Of a stretch of 64,000 nucleotides of DNA, positions 11,972 to 25,158 are shown one piece after another. Positions within the stretch are counted from its first letter, which is position 1. Each line of letters begins with the position of its first letter. Source of the DNA: Schmidtea nova (lineage: Eukaryota); NCBI GenBank assembly GCA_044892505.1, contig CM097883.1, positions 394,630,001 through 394,694,000 of the forward strand, read 5' to 3'. The notes below the pieces were generated by a model. The model ran no database searches and was not told the origin of the DNA. It saw only the letters and a list, made by a program, of their open reading frames with translations. Both the position numbers and the translations under genes were made by a program.

Positions 11972-14900
11972 AAATTGTTGATTGTTTAAATAATCAAAAG
12001 AAAGATGTGTTTTTAAATAAATAATTAATCTTGCTGTTTGAATTTTTAATGAAGTTAGAAGGAGACATAACTGGTTTACCACGCCAAGAAATCAATGCCG
12101 TCACTAGACAGCAGTCAACTAAAAGTATGTTGGAATCATTATCAAAGCAGGCTCGAGAAATATTAAATTTTAACGTGAGGAAGCTCGTTGGAAAAGTTGG
12201 TTGTGAGGCCGAATTATGGCTTAAAGATATTTCAGAATGGTTGAGGCTAGAAGACCAAAGTTTAGTCAATGCGTTTGATCTTTTACTTTCAGAGGTAGCA
12301 GTTCTATTATAGGGAGCAGCCAAAGGAGAGAAAATGGCAGATCTACTAGCGAAAGAATGGTTCATTGAAACGTCTACAGAAAAGAAAACTATTACGAACA
12401 AGATCGTGGAACTTGCCCGATTATATCAATAAGTTTTTGAAATAAGAGTTAAAACGTTAGTAAAGGTCGTATTTAGCTCGGACATGTCGGAAGAACAAAT
12501 TGTCCGGGATATAATCTCAAACAGAGCAAAAGACGATCGGGTAAAAGAGATATTTATGTCAGGAAAATTAACTAGTTTTGAAGAAGCAAGAGATATGGCG
12601 AAAACTCAAGAAAAAATTGAGAACGAGAACGACACCATCACCAGAGAAATTAGCTCCTGGTCAGTGTTTCTGCTATGGAGAAAGAGGACATCGACGTTTT
12701 AAATGTCCAACGAAAGAATATGTCTCATTTGTGATAAGGAAGGCCATCAATTCAGAGACTGTTATTTACTAAATAATAGAAACAATTACAAGAAAAGAGT
12801 AACATGTAAATATGAAGAAAATCTGACAAATAACAACAACAAAGACACCCAGGATACCTATAGTAATTACGATGAAATGATACAAAAATCAGTGGACAAG
12901 GCAAAAGACAGAGTCGATCCCGTTGCTTTCATTTCGTCAGTGGGATCGGCACAATAGAGAAGAGAGAGAATCGAAATGAAGTCAAGAACCTGAAGATGTA
13001 CGAGACAGATGATAGAAGAAAGTGGAGAAAAATAATTATTTTGAATGGAACAAAAATCGATATGATGTGGGACTCTGGAGCATCAGTTTCAGTGATGCGC
13101 AAGAGCAGTTGAACAAAAATAGGAAAACCAAAGCTGGCAGTAAGTAATATCTCATTATGTGGAGTGTTTTCATCTAGTTTGGAAAGACCACTAGGGGAGA
13201 AATGACGATAGAAGCAGATTGGAATGGTAAAAGGAGAAAGATAAGTGGGTTGGTAGTTACAGACATACGGTCAAATTTTATTGGTGGTGTAGACACGATG
13301 GAAAAATTTGGAATTTAGCTGGTAGAGATCAATAATATCGAAGAATTACTGGTGGGGAAGACATATCAGAATTAACAACGAGAAATGAAAGCGCTGGAGA
13401 TGTTGGGGAGTTGTAAAGACGAAGATTTAGAAAGAATTATACAGAAATTCAGAAAATTTTCATGGCATCAACTTTAGATTTGGGATTCACTGAAATGGTA
13501 AATCATGAGATGAATATAACAGGAGATTCAGTTAGAATAAAGCCCAAAAGACAACCAATGCATCTGGAACAAAAACTATACGAGTTAATCATAAACTTAC
13601 TGGAAGCAAAGGTCATTAGTAAATGTAAAAGTGCATGGAACGCACCGCTAGTGATAATCGCAAAGAAAGACAGTTCAATTAGAATGTGTCTGGACTACAG
13701 AGGATTGAATGCCATTACAAAAAAAGTTTCGTCTCCAATGCCAGATTCTCGATTCCTTTTGGACTGGCTTGTAGATTCGAAGTATTTTACTTCCATTGAT
13801 CTAGGACATGCCTATTACCAGGTCGGGATGGCGGAAGAAATACAAGACGTCACAGCTTTAAGTACAAGGCAAGGACAATTTTGCTTCAACAGGTTACCTT
13901 TTGGACTAGCAACAGCCTCAGCAACATTCGAGAGGATGATGCACTCAATACTGGAAGAAATATTGTTTAAAGGAGCTGTGGTTTACCTATACGATATATT
14001 GATTTATGGAAAAGACAGAAAAGAACATAATTTACAGCTAGTGGAAGTATTCAAAAGGATACAAATAGCAGGGCTGAAGAATAATCTTGGTAAATGCGAT
14101 ATTCTTAAAGAAGAACAGACATTTCTGGGACACACTGTTAGTTCCAAGGGGATAAAGACGAATGACAAGAAGATCAAAGAAATTAAAGAGGCAGAGATAC
14201 CGACATGCGCTAAACAATTGAGGTCGTTCCTTGGTACGACTAACTACTACAGGAAGTTCATAAAAGATTACGCAAAGATTGCTGAACCGTTGTACGCAGT
14301 CACTTCCGGATGCGGGAAAATGATTAATTGGTCAGAAGATTTCAATAAAAATTTTGAATTGCTTAAAACCAAATTATGTGATGCCCCAATCCTGGATTAT
14401 TCAAGAGTAGAGAACAAATTTATTCTGGACACAGATGCTAGTTTTGGAGCAATCGGAGCCCGTCTGTGTCAAGAAAGATGAGACCATACAAAGGTGTTTA
14501 TTGCGTATGGATCAAGACATTTAACAGCACACGAAAAAGGGTATTGTGTTACAATGAAGGAATTGCTTGCAATACACGAATATATTTCATACGATATCTA
14601 TATGAGAAGGCTTTTGTAGTGCGAACAGATCACAAAGCACTAGTTTTCATGAGATACACCAAGAAAGCAACAAGCCCACAGTTTCAGACATGGCTAACTG
14701 ACCTTTTCGGATACGACTTCGACTCGCAATATATGAAAGGAGAAGAACAAGGGAATGCAGACGGTATCTCAAGGATAAAGGGGATGTTATGTGCTCAATG
14801 CGAGACACAACATGAAGACGCAAAAGAGGGAAAACCAGAGTGAGACATATTAGTATATTACAGAAGACTAAATCAACGACTATTAAGCAAACAAGAGGAT

Positions 14901-16172
14901 GACGTAGACGTTATACACATGTCAAGTGTATTACTAGGAAAAGATAACAGAGGAACTCTGAACAAGTTGAAATTTCCTTTTAATTTGCTGAAGAACACAA
15001 AATTCGAAAACGGATTATTACTGCTTGAGAGAGACGGAAAGGATGTCATATTAGTACCATTAGACTACACTAATACATTAGTCAAAGACATACATACAGA
15101 AATGTGTATTATTGGAGTGAAGAAATTAACAAGTTACATGAGCGATTTATTTTTTTGGCCGAATTTGCAAGGAACAATTCAAAGCTGTTTAAGATCATGT
15201 GAAATATGTTGTAATCGGAAGATAGTACAAGAGAAAACAAAGGAACGACTGATACCGATAATGAGTTCAGATTTTTTAGAACAATTGGCTGTAGATATAG
15301 CCCACATAAAACCTCAGGGAAGTTACAGATATTTATTAGTTATTATTGACCGTTTTAGCAAGATGGTTAGTCTACCTGCAATGGAAAGACAAGATGAGAA
15401 ATCGTTGTTCAAAGCCATATTAGAGAAGTGGATATATAGATTCGATAAACCACGAAGTCTTTTATCAGACAAAGGTAAGAATTTCGACAGCATGTCGTGA
15501 AGACACATCTAAGAAAATTAGGCATCGAACAACACCTGAGCTCGCCATACCAACTTCAATCGAATGGGCTAGTGGAAAGAACTATACGAACAGTCAGAGA
15601 CTTATTAACAACTTCTATATTCAGTGTATTAGGGGAGACAAATTGGGTAGATTTACTCCCACGTATATAATTTTGTATCAATGCGAAAACACAGAGTACA
15701 ACAGGATTCTCACCTTTCAAAATTGTTTTCGAGAGGAAAATTAATCTATATTCAACACTACCACAGACAAATTTGAACGCAACCGAAATACGTAAGCAGG
15801 TTCTAGCAAACAGTGAAAGAGCAGCAAAACGAATGCAAGAAACAGACACGGATAGAAGGACACATAGAACTTTTCAGGTAGAGGAGAAAGTATTATTTCG
15901 GAAAGAACCACAAAATCGGGACATAGATGACCTTCAATAAGACGGGCCATTCGTAATATCAAGATTTTTGGCAGAACACCAAGTGGAGCTGATCGATGGA
16001 GATTCAAAGAAACTTCAACTTATCGAATGGCTGAAGAGATGGGTAGATCCTTAAAGAAAGGGGGAGTTATATAAATTGTTGATTGTTTAAATAATCAAAA
16101 GAAAGATGTGTTTTTAAATAAATAAATAATCTTGCTGTTTGAATTTTTAATGAATTTATAAGGAGACGTAAC
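11972..16172 (+). mobile_element. Degenerate Ty3/Gypsy LTR retrotransposon (about 4.2 kb, ~100-bp LTRs)
   Basis: Direct repeats ~11972-12071 and ~16073-16172; PPT AAAGAAAGGGGGAG at 16053. Gag has two CCHC-like knuckles, PR WDSGAS lies at ~13070, RT ORF 13462-14481 has YLDD mutated to YLYD, then RNase H, HHCC-integrase fragments and a GPF motif. Many stops. Exact LTR ends are approximate. Confidence 0.9.
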
Positions 16173-16649
16173 TAAAATAAATTTAAATTTAAATTTCTAT
16201 AAAATTTTATATAATAAATAACAAATTCCAGATCCATAATGTTTATACTTTGCAAGATTAATTTGAATTTAAAATTTTTCATAATATATTATTTTTAATA
16301 ATAGAATTATATTTTTTATCAAAAAGATAACTTTGATCACATACGAATCCTCCAAAAGAATATGCAAAAGATTTTCAAGCTATTTCGTTTGGAGATTTCG
16401 AATACCAAAAATTATAAATAAAATTTTGAAGGTTTTCATGAACTCTTTCTTTTCCGATTTAAGTTCAATTCAGCTAAATAAAATCAAATATAATTTACAT
16501 AATCTAATCCAATCTATATCCTCTATTATAATCTAGACATTTCCACCACGCTCTGAGCTCCTAGTTAGACGATCTTTATGAATTCAACTTTCAGATAACA
16601 TTGCGATTTCTTTCGTGATAAAGTGAAGAAGATGTTCATGTGAGCGAAG

Positions 16650-16738
16650 TAGAGGTCGCAATCCCGGGATCCCGGGATCCCGGGTATATATTCAATCTCG
16701 AAATCCCGGGATTCAGGATCCCAAATCCCGATCCCGGA
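16650..16738. mobile_element. Probable DNA-transposon (hAT-like) terminus with GGGATCCC subterminal repeats
   Basis: TAGAGGTCGCAATCCCGGGATCCCGGGATCCCGGG: GC-rich palindromic repeats in an AT-rich background. Partner end not found. Confidence 0.4.
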
Positions 16739-17779
16739 AAAACCATTCAAATTATTAACTAATTTCTAAAAAAATGAAAAATAATTTACATTGTATATTT
16801 TTAAGTATTTTGAATTTTGGCTGTTTTCTATTGTGTAAGTAGGCTTTGCTTTTCGATTACCATGGGTGAATTACGAGGTGGATACATAGTTTCGATAACT
16901 TTTATTATGTCCGAACTTTTTTGTGGTTATGAGAGTTATGTAAATTGATATAAATAAATAAATACTATACTATAATTAAATATTAATTTGCGTCTTTGAA
17001 TACCATATCACATTTCAATGAAAATGTAATAGGATTCTAGACGTTTAATTATTTTGAACAGACCTTGGGCTTGACCAAGCCACTTCTCCTCACACAGACA
17101 GGTATGAGATGAAATGCTATTGGATGTTTGCGCTCACTTCGCTGAAAAAAATGAATCAGAAAACTGGACGAACCCACAGCTAACTAATGATTCACAAAAG
17201 CGACTAATGACGTTACAACTTATCGCTGGACCATCATCAGACTTATGGAAACAAAATTAACATAATTTTATAAATCTAAGATAACTAAATAACGATAAAT
17301 ATATTTATGGGTTACTTGAATAAGGTTGGGTAAATGTGACAAAATCTTGAACTCGTTAATTAGAAAAGTTTTAATAATGAATTCCTTTATATTAGTTCAT
17401 AAAAGTGGAAACATGAAATGATAGATAAAATAGATAATTATTAGTATATAACATAGAGAAATCATAACAATAATTTATCATAAAAGTTAAAAATGAATAC
17501 AATTATAATCTTTAATAACAAATGTGACTAAGTTCCATAAAAAAATAAAATACTAGACAGGGAACAATCTAGGGACATGATCTCGATGGTTCCCTACATT
17601 TTAACAGATTGATCCTTATGTATTGAGTATTCGACTGGGTTCTCTGAGTGTGATAATCGGTGCAATCAAGTGATGTTTCTCCTGAATGTTTGATTCGCGA
17701 ACTATAATTCCCTAGAGTGTAACTTTTGAATTTTGTTGAAAATTTTGACAGGGATTCGCATTTAAAAGCCGCACCGTTT

Positions 17780-17960
17780 GGTTTTGCAAATTCTCTAATT
17801 TTGAAAGTTGCAAAATCCCGAATTTAATGATTTCGATGGCGGTATATATACTTATTTCAGACAGTTATTTTCGCTTATGCATTTAAACAAATTGTTTTAG
17901 AAGGAATTCTCCATTCTTCCAAAATTAAATTTAACAATTTTAAGTAAAATTGGATTATTA
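17780..17960 (-). mobile_element. Relic of the giant-element LTR promoter region (reverse strand)
   Basis: Reverse complement contains TTCTAAAACAATTTGTTT, GTATATATACCGCCATC and AGAGAATTTG, collinear with 20460-20590. Confidence 0.65.
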
Positions 17961-18395
17961 CTTTTTTGTTTAAAGTTTTAATAAAACTTTAAATAATTTA
18001 TTTTCGATCCAAAATATTTATTTTAAAATAAAAGTTTTTTCTAATTTAATTTAATTTGCCATTTTTTCTCTAAAACAATTTTCTTTGATATTTTTCTGAG
18101 TTTTTAAGGTAAAAATCGAAAATCTCCAGAAAATATTTTAAATTTTCTTAATCTGTAATTTTATTTCATAATTGATGTTTTTATATTATATATACTTTTT
18201 TCACTTGTAAATTTGATGCGCTTTTGTTCATTTTAATTTTTAAACGTGTTTTATTTAATTATTTCGGTTTCTGGGGATTACTATGTTTTACTTGATATTT
18301 TAGCTCATAGAATTTTAAATTTACTTCTTGCGAGCTCTCTACGTCCTGTGTTATCACTTCATTCAAACAACTCTCAGTTTTTGCCCAACACAATC

Positions 18396-19307
18396 AATAT
18401 ACAAAGAGCTATTAAATTTAAAAATGCTGCTATTTTCAAGAAGTATATTGATCCAAATACTAAGCTAAGAGCTGAGTCGAAAAATAGTCTTGATAAGAAT
18501 TATTATAAATTGTTTAACAACAGTCTGTACAGAAAAAACAGTCAAAAGTTTGAAGAAAAGAATGAATTTGAGGCTATGTAATACAAAACATAAGAGGATT
18601 ACATATGCTTCCAATCCAACTTTTCAAAGAAGTATAAAAATTGATGATGATTTAATAGCTGCCTTACTAAATAAAGACTCCATTTGTTTGCATAGACCCA
18701 TCTATATAGGTCAATCAGTTTTGGATTTATCGAAACTTCTGATGTATTAGTTACAATATCTGAAGTTAGCTAAATATCAAGCACAATTCAGTTGTAAAAT
18801 AAATATTGTTGCTAGAGATATCGATAGGTTTCTCCTGGAATGTATAAATCTTAAATTAGATACATTATTACTGACAATGGTTGATGACAATCTCTTGAAT
18901 ATGTCTAATTATCCTTCGGAACATCCACTCTTTTCCAGGAAATAAAATTCAGTTATCGGAAAGTTGAACGATGAAAGTAAAGGCGATGCAAATAAAGAAG
19001 GGTGTTTTTAAGACCAAAGTGCTATAGTTTGTTAGGTGATAAAGAGAGTATCAAAGTTCCGGGAAAACATTGAAGGGTACTGACAGAAAACATGAATCGT
19101 ACCTGGATTGTTATAATATCAACAAAAGGCTTTTACTATCATAATATTGAATTGGTAAAAAACACCATTTATTTAGTTTCATCAGTTGAAAGTTGCTTTA
19201 ACAAATGCTGATCATAAAATAAATTGGATTGAAAAGAATAAGAGTCACGCATATGGGCACTATTGCGAAGAGAAAATGAAAACAATATATGAAGAAGATA
19301 GTTTGTG
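18396..19307 (+). pseudogene. Protein-primed family-B DNA polymerase relic (Polinton/Maverick type)
   Basis: IQRAIKFK...KYIDPNTKLR...YKLFNNSLYRK (motif B), RPIYIGQSVLDLSKLLMY, VIGKLNDE, LRPKCYS and C-terminal AYGHY, broken by frameshifts and stops. Confidence 0.8.
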
Positions 19308-20510
19308 ATGAAATTATGTTATGCTTAATAAATATTATCTCAAAAAAGATTTAGATTTGTCCCAGTCTGTTTTTGTTCTGACTTGAGTACTATTTTTGTG
19401 ATTTGTTTCAATTATTTTTATTGAATGTAAAAATATTTATTTCTCTGATGTTTAAAAATATTAATGCATGCTTCATTCGCTCTTACAGTTCTCTAACTGA
19501 TGCTTCATGCTCACATCTTTTGAACACTCTTATTTTAAATTTTGAATTTGGTGGTTAAAAATGATATGAAATAAAATCCATTTGATATAAAATTGTCTCT
19601 AAAAACAAAAATAATTAAAATACTATTTATCTAAATTAATAATTACAAATGGCGGTTTAAATTAAAACAATATTGGTCATGATCTTGATGACGTCATAAT
19701 ATGTGCTATGTAAACACTGAGTTATTATAAATGAATTTGTGTGCTACGTAAAAACTAATGATTACGAGTGGTGCCGTCACTATGCCCTACTAGTATCCAC
19801 ACATTAGTGGCATTACCAACGTTTCTTTGCAAAGGGTAACTAGTGGTTAAAATGTGTGCTTTTAATAACCCACTGATATTGTAATAATTTATGATTCAAT
19901 TACCATTAGATACCTGTGTTGGGCCAAAACGCAATTTGTTTTAATAAAACGATAACCCAATAGGTAGAGAACGCGCAAGATTCCATTTTTAACCTTAGCT
20001 TCCATTAAAAATCCAACAATTAAGTGGAAAACACCAAAAGGTGAAGATGAATCAAAACACAGCAACCGGTAGAATGCGCGCTAACTGCGAATTTATAAAT
20101 ATTTTCACTGAAATCTCGAGAAAAATTAAAAGCAGAATGTTTGGAAGCTAGAATAGGCAAAAAACCCATGGAAAGTGCCCATAAAGAACAGAATTTTATC
20201 ATAAAACCTTCAGTACAGAAAAATTAACAAAATTTTAGAAGAAAATTGTGAATTTATCACAAAATTTCACATATAACAATAGAAAGAATTAATATGGATC
20301 GAAAATCATAAATTAAATCAAATCGAACAAATTTCGATTCAAACATAGAAATTTTGAATTAAAATAAATTATTTATAGTTTATAAAAAATTATTATACAT
20401 AAATATGGAATTAATTTTCGGAAAATCATTAGAATTAATTTAGAAAAAATTAAGAGAAAATTCTAGAACAATTTGTTTTATTGCACTACCGGAGATAGAG
20501 AAAATTTGAT

Positions 20511-20538
20511 GGTATATATACCGCCATCAAAATGGCAG
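20511..20538 (+). promoter_or_regulatory. Putative LTR core promoter: TATA-like box plus paired YY1-type motifs
   Basis: GGTATATATACCGCCATCAAAATGGCAGA; conserved in diverged relics at 9703 and 17832 (minus) and repeated at 42927. Confidence 0.55.
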
Positions 20539-23500
20539 ATTTCAGATTTTGTGGAAAAAATTTTTTTGTTTTGCTAGCTAAGAGAATTTGTGAGAAGTTT
20601 TCCGAAAATTTTTATTGCTAACCTAATTAAAGAGAATTTGTACCATTTGCCTCAGAAATTTAGAATTGAAGATATTGTTGAAAGGATTCAATTTATTGGA
20701 AAATCGGAATTGGTCAAAATTTAGTTCCCGGAGCACGAACCTTTTTAGTAGAAAACAAAATTTCTTCCTGGAGTTTGAAATGTTAGGTTTATTTTACTTT
20801 TGTTTTATTTTAAACTGATTCGAGGGGTATGGGATCGTCGGCAATCATGCCTGTCGATCATCCCATTCCTCACGTTCGTATTATTTAAAAATGTATTATT
20901 TTTGTTATTTTATATAATGCAATTATTTTATTTTGATATTATTAAATATTAAAAATTTATTTTATTCAGTTTGATTTTGAAAATATTTTTGTTTATTATA
21001 CTCACAAGTTCCCAAAACACCTAAAATTACTATGAGAATTGTCGAAATAAACTTATGAAATTAAATAAATTTTTTTTTATCTCCCATATCTTCTGACGAT
21101 CCGTCCAGCCTTGGTTGTGCGGATCTGTTAGTAGCCTGGGTGGATCGTTGTCTGATTGGTAATCGGCCAGCCCATATTTCCACTTTAAGGTGAGGCTCAT
21201 ACATCCAAATTCTCGTCATCCCAACTGGGGAATCGTGGTTTGGCCAAGAGCAAGGTTTTGTTATACTAATGATTTGTATTATAATAGAGTATCATATTTT
21301 TATTATCTACATAAGCAATTTCGTAATACAACATAATAATTTCTACCTCATGTCTTGAAATCTAAAATAGGAAATATTATTGATTAAAAAGTCGACTCGT
21401 ACTCACCTTCACCTTCACACTCTCAACAACGTTCATCTCATAAGAAAATGCAAGAAAAATGGATGCTGATGATGAAAAGAAAATTGTTCGAAATAATGCT
21501 CAAGTCTAGAATAATGCTCATGAAGTGAAATAAATTGTGAAACAAGTATTGATTTAATCTGAATTAAAGCTCATTATGGTCTAAATAAGTTTTCCTGTGA
21601 ATCTTGTTTTTCGAGAGCCTGAAATTCCTAAGTGAAGTGTCCCGAAAAATTCGCGTACACTTTGATTGGGAAATTCATGCTCAACAAAACCGAAATTTAC
21701 TTTACTTGATATTAAAAACATTCGTTGAAAAATTTTATAACTTATTTTTATTTTTATCTTTATTTAGCATATAAATTTTTTTTTATTATTGAATGCTTAT
21801 TTAGATTTCGAAATTTATGGATAAAAATTTATTATCATTTCATTTGGATCAGAAATAAAAATTTACTTTTTATTATGTTGAAAAGATTTTATATGGAAAA
21901 AATTGTAAACCAAATTTGGTTCCTAATATTATTAATATATAAAAGATTTTATCATTTCATAAAATTCCCGAGAATTTGAAAATCAAAAGTTATATTAAAC
22001 CCCATAAAATTTATAGATTGAAATTTTATTATTATATTAAAAAACTCTTATCATTTTATAAAAATACGAATTGGAAATTTTATAGAAAATTTTTTGGTTA
22101 ATATATATTCTAAAATCTAAAAAGTTAAAAACCTATCTTATAAAAATTAAAAATTTTATCATTAGTAAATTTTTCATGAAACTATAAATTAAAAAATTCA
22201 TAAAAAGCATTATAAAACTTATTATTATTTTAATTTAAAATTATTATTATTTTAATTTAAAAATATTTTATATAGTGTACTTGAATTATAATATAACCCC
22301 CCCACGATATCTTAAAAATAATGATACATCACTCATTGCAAGAAATCACACCCTTTACACTCAATAGCATCATCCATACTAATACACCAGCAACATACAT
22401 ATAAAACACAATACACACATACACAGTGTCATTCAACAACATCCAACAATCACATACACACCAACAAACCATACCAAAAATTTCACACAGCCATGCTAGT
22501 TAGAATCGTACGTCCAACCACACTCACAAGCACTCAATTGTTTTAAATCACTCATCATACAATCACACACAAACACAATAGTAACAATAGAACACACAGT
22601 CATCATACTACACCTCATCCACCAATAAATCATTTATTCTCATCCAACAGTCAAGTCAACATACAGACACATATAATCACATACAATCTCCTGTACTATC
22701 AATGAAAAATTCATAATAAACCTGTAAAAGTGTATCAACAATCAAACTCGAAATGATAGCATCCCACATCATACATAGACATGCATACCTCCAAAAAGAC
22801 AATGCCAAGGTTTCATCCCTTCAACCACCACAAAATACCATATTCATTTTACTATTTTTTTTTTATAAGTCGGAAACTTCTGGTAAAAATGAGAACCAAC
22901 AACCAAAAAACGATATTTATTTTTAAATAAAATCAATAATAAACTATTAGTCTTTATTATAAAGTAAATTAAGCTTTCATATAAAATCAATAATCACGAA
23001 CAATGGTTATTTTTATTATAAAGAGAATAAAAATCTTTTATCGATCAACGTTGCGCAAATACCGAGGAAAACTGATTGTTTGAGGAGTGAATGAGAAATC
23101 TCAAAATAAATTCCACTCAAAAACAGAAATTTGTGAAGAACTGTTAGAAGATTTCTTCGGAAAATGCTGGATCCTATTATTGACAATCCTGTTCACTTGT
23201 ATTCTCATGGCGCTGACCTTTATAACTTTAGTTGTTGAGAAGTGAACAGATGCTTTCTGAATTCCCGTGTTCAATTGGGAGGATATTGACATAATGTTTG
23301 AGCAATTCATTTAGATATATTCCGATAGAAATCAATAACTGATGCCTTGTAGGAAGATTCGTAAAGGTTTTATCAATTCAGATATTCCTTTGGAACTAGA
23401 TAACTCTATTGGCAGCTTAGGATTGACGTTGGGAGATAAGCACGCATAACATTGAAAATTCCAATAGACGTTTAAAATCCGACGAAAATTACATGTTGGA

Positions 23501-24585
23501 ATAAAAATGTTGAATCGATGGAAGCACACTTTCTTTTGATGTAGAGAGAAGATTTCTGAGGTGATGAAGCGATCCCAGGGAGAAATCCGAGTCCTGAGAA
23601 TATATATGGTAAAGGAAGTGAAGAATAAAACTGAAAGTTTACCTGTAGAGACAACTGGATAGGAGAATTCTATTATTGAGTTCGATATCTGCAAAAATCG
23701 ATAATTATATAACATTAACATATTATAATGTAAACATTAACCAATCAGGTTGCGATATTTACCTGTTTAAAACAATGACCTGGAAAGTGATAATTGTTAA
23801 ATAAATTTTTTTTTTGTTGCTTGCATGAAATGAGGAAATCCAGGAAGAAAATTTTAATATGACAGAATTATTTTTTGTAAGTCGTAAAATAGTCTTTACA
23901 TGAGTAAATAAAACATCTAGGTCATCAAAGTTGTTTCAATTAGCTACATTGTAATCGATGTAGTTGTCAAGGCCGCGGAAAAGTTTTCAAAGAATGAAAA
24001 TATAAAAATTTCAGTAAAATTATAAATGTTATTTTTCTAAGCAAGATAGACAATAGGATTTGAATTTTCGAAAACAAAATTTAATTTAAAATCTGAAAAT
24101 ATAGGGATTTAACTAAAATCAATAGATAATAATTAAAATAAATATCTAGGTAGTTCATATCGATACCGTTGCTAATGCCTCGGCAAATTTTGGAAAAATT
24201 AAATAAAAATAAAAAAATTTAGAAAATTACAATTATGTTTCTGCAAGATAGACATTAGGAATAAGGAATAAGTGAGATATCGTTAAATTTATCGACATAG
24301 AAAATTACAAATTTAGGAGAATCTCGAAACTAATAATAAAAAGTTTAGTTAAAAATCATTAAAAATCCAATACCGTGAATAGATGTGTTAATAAAATGGG
24401 TTACCCTTTTTGATTTCCCGGATTGAGAGTTGATAAGCATATCCGTGAAAAAACTCGCGATCAAATATGTGAGAACTCCTTAACTTATTGCATTAATGAA
24501 TGAACTAATTAATTTTTGTGTATGATGATAATTTAGTAAATATTATACGATAACCAATGTCTTAAATGTTCGAACTTTTCTAGCA

Positions 24586-25158
24586 ATGAACCCAATGCAA
24601 CAACTTGAAGAGATCCGGGCGTTATTGCTAGAAAACGCCAAGCACAACAAAAGGGTCGATGCACGGTTGGCCGAACTGGAAGCCAAGGGCGCATCCAACG
24701 TAGATGCCCTCCAGATAATGACCGGCCGCATGGAAAAATTCCGGGCCCGCTGTCGCGAGATGGAGGCGACATGGTCCGATGGGGAAACAGTGGAGAAGCT
24801 CAAGAAGCAAAATCAGATGCTGCTCCAGCAGGCAGCCGAGGACGCCATGCGATTGCGAGCATGTCGAGTTTCCATGCGGGAGCAGGAGCTCACCAATCAG
24901 AAGCTACAGGTAGATAGCGGTCTTATAACGGCCATTCTGCCAAAGCCCCAATTCCCACCTCACGAGCTGTTCCCGGTGAGGGTGGAGGAAGAGATAGCAG
25001 CAGCCGCGGCTCCAGTCAAACCAAAGCGATGGAGGCCCAGTAAAGGGGCAAGGGCCCGCAACAAGCGCCGGCAAGAAGCGCGAGTTTTGGGGCAATTGAG
25101 GGTCGAGGCCTCAAAAATTGGTAGTCTATCGATCGACCTGACGCAGGCACCCTTTTGA
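24586..25158 (+). CDS. LTR-encoded 190-aa protein: coiled coil, Arg-rich motif and NES-like tail
   Basis: Intact GC-rich ORF inside an AT-rich LTR; preceded by CTTTTCTAG|CA-ATG; contains KPKRWRPSKGARARNKRRQEAR and ends ...IGSLSIDL. Confidence 0.75.
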   Translation: MNPMQQLEEIRALLLENAKHNKRVDARLAELEAKGASNVDALQIMTGRMEKFRARCREMEATWSDGETVEKLKKQNQMLLQQAAEDAMRLRACRVSMREQELTNQKLQVDSGLITAILPKPQFPPHELFPVRVEEEIAAAAAPVKPKRWRPSKGARARNKRRQEARVLGQLRVEASKIGSLSIDLTQAPF

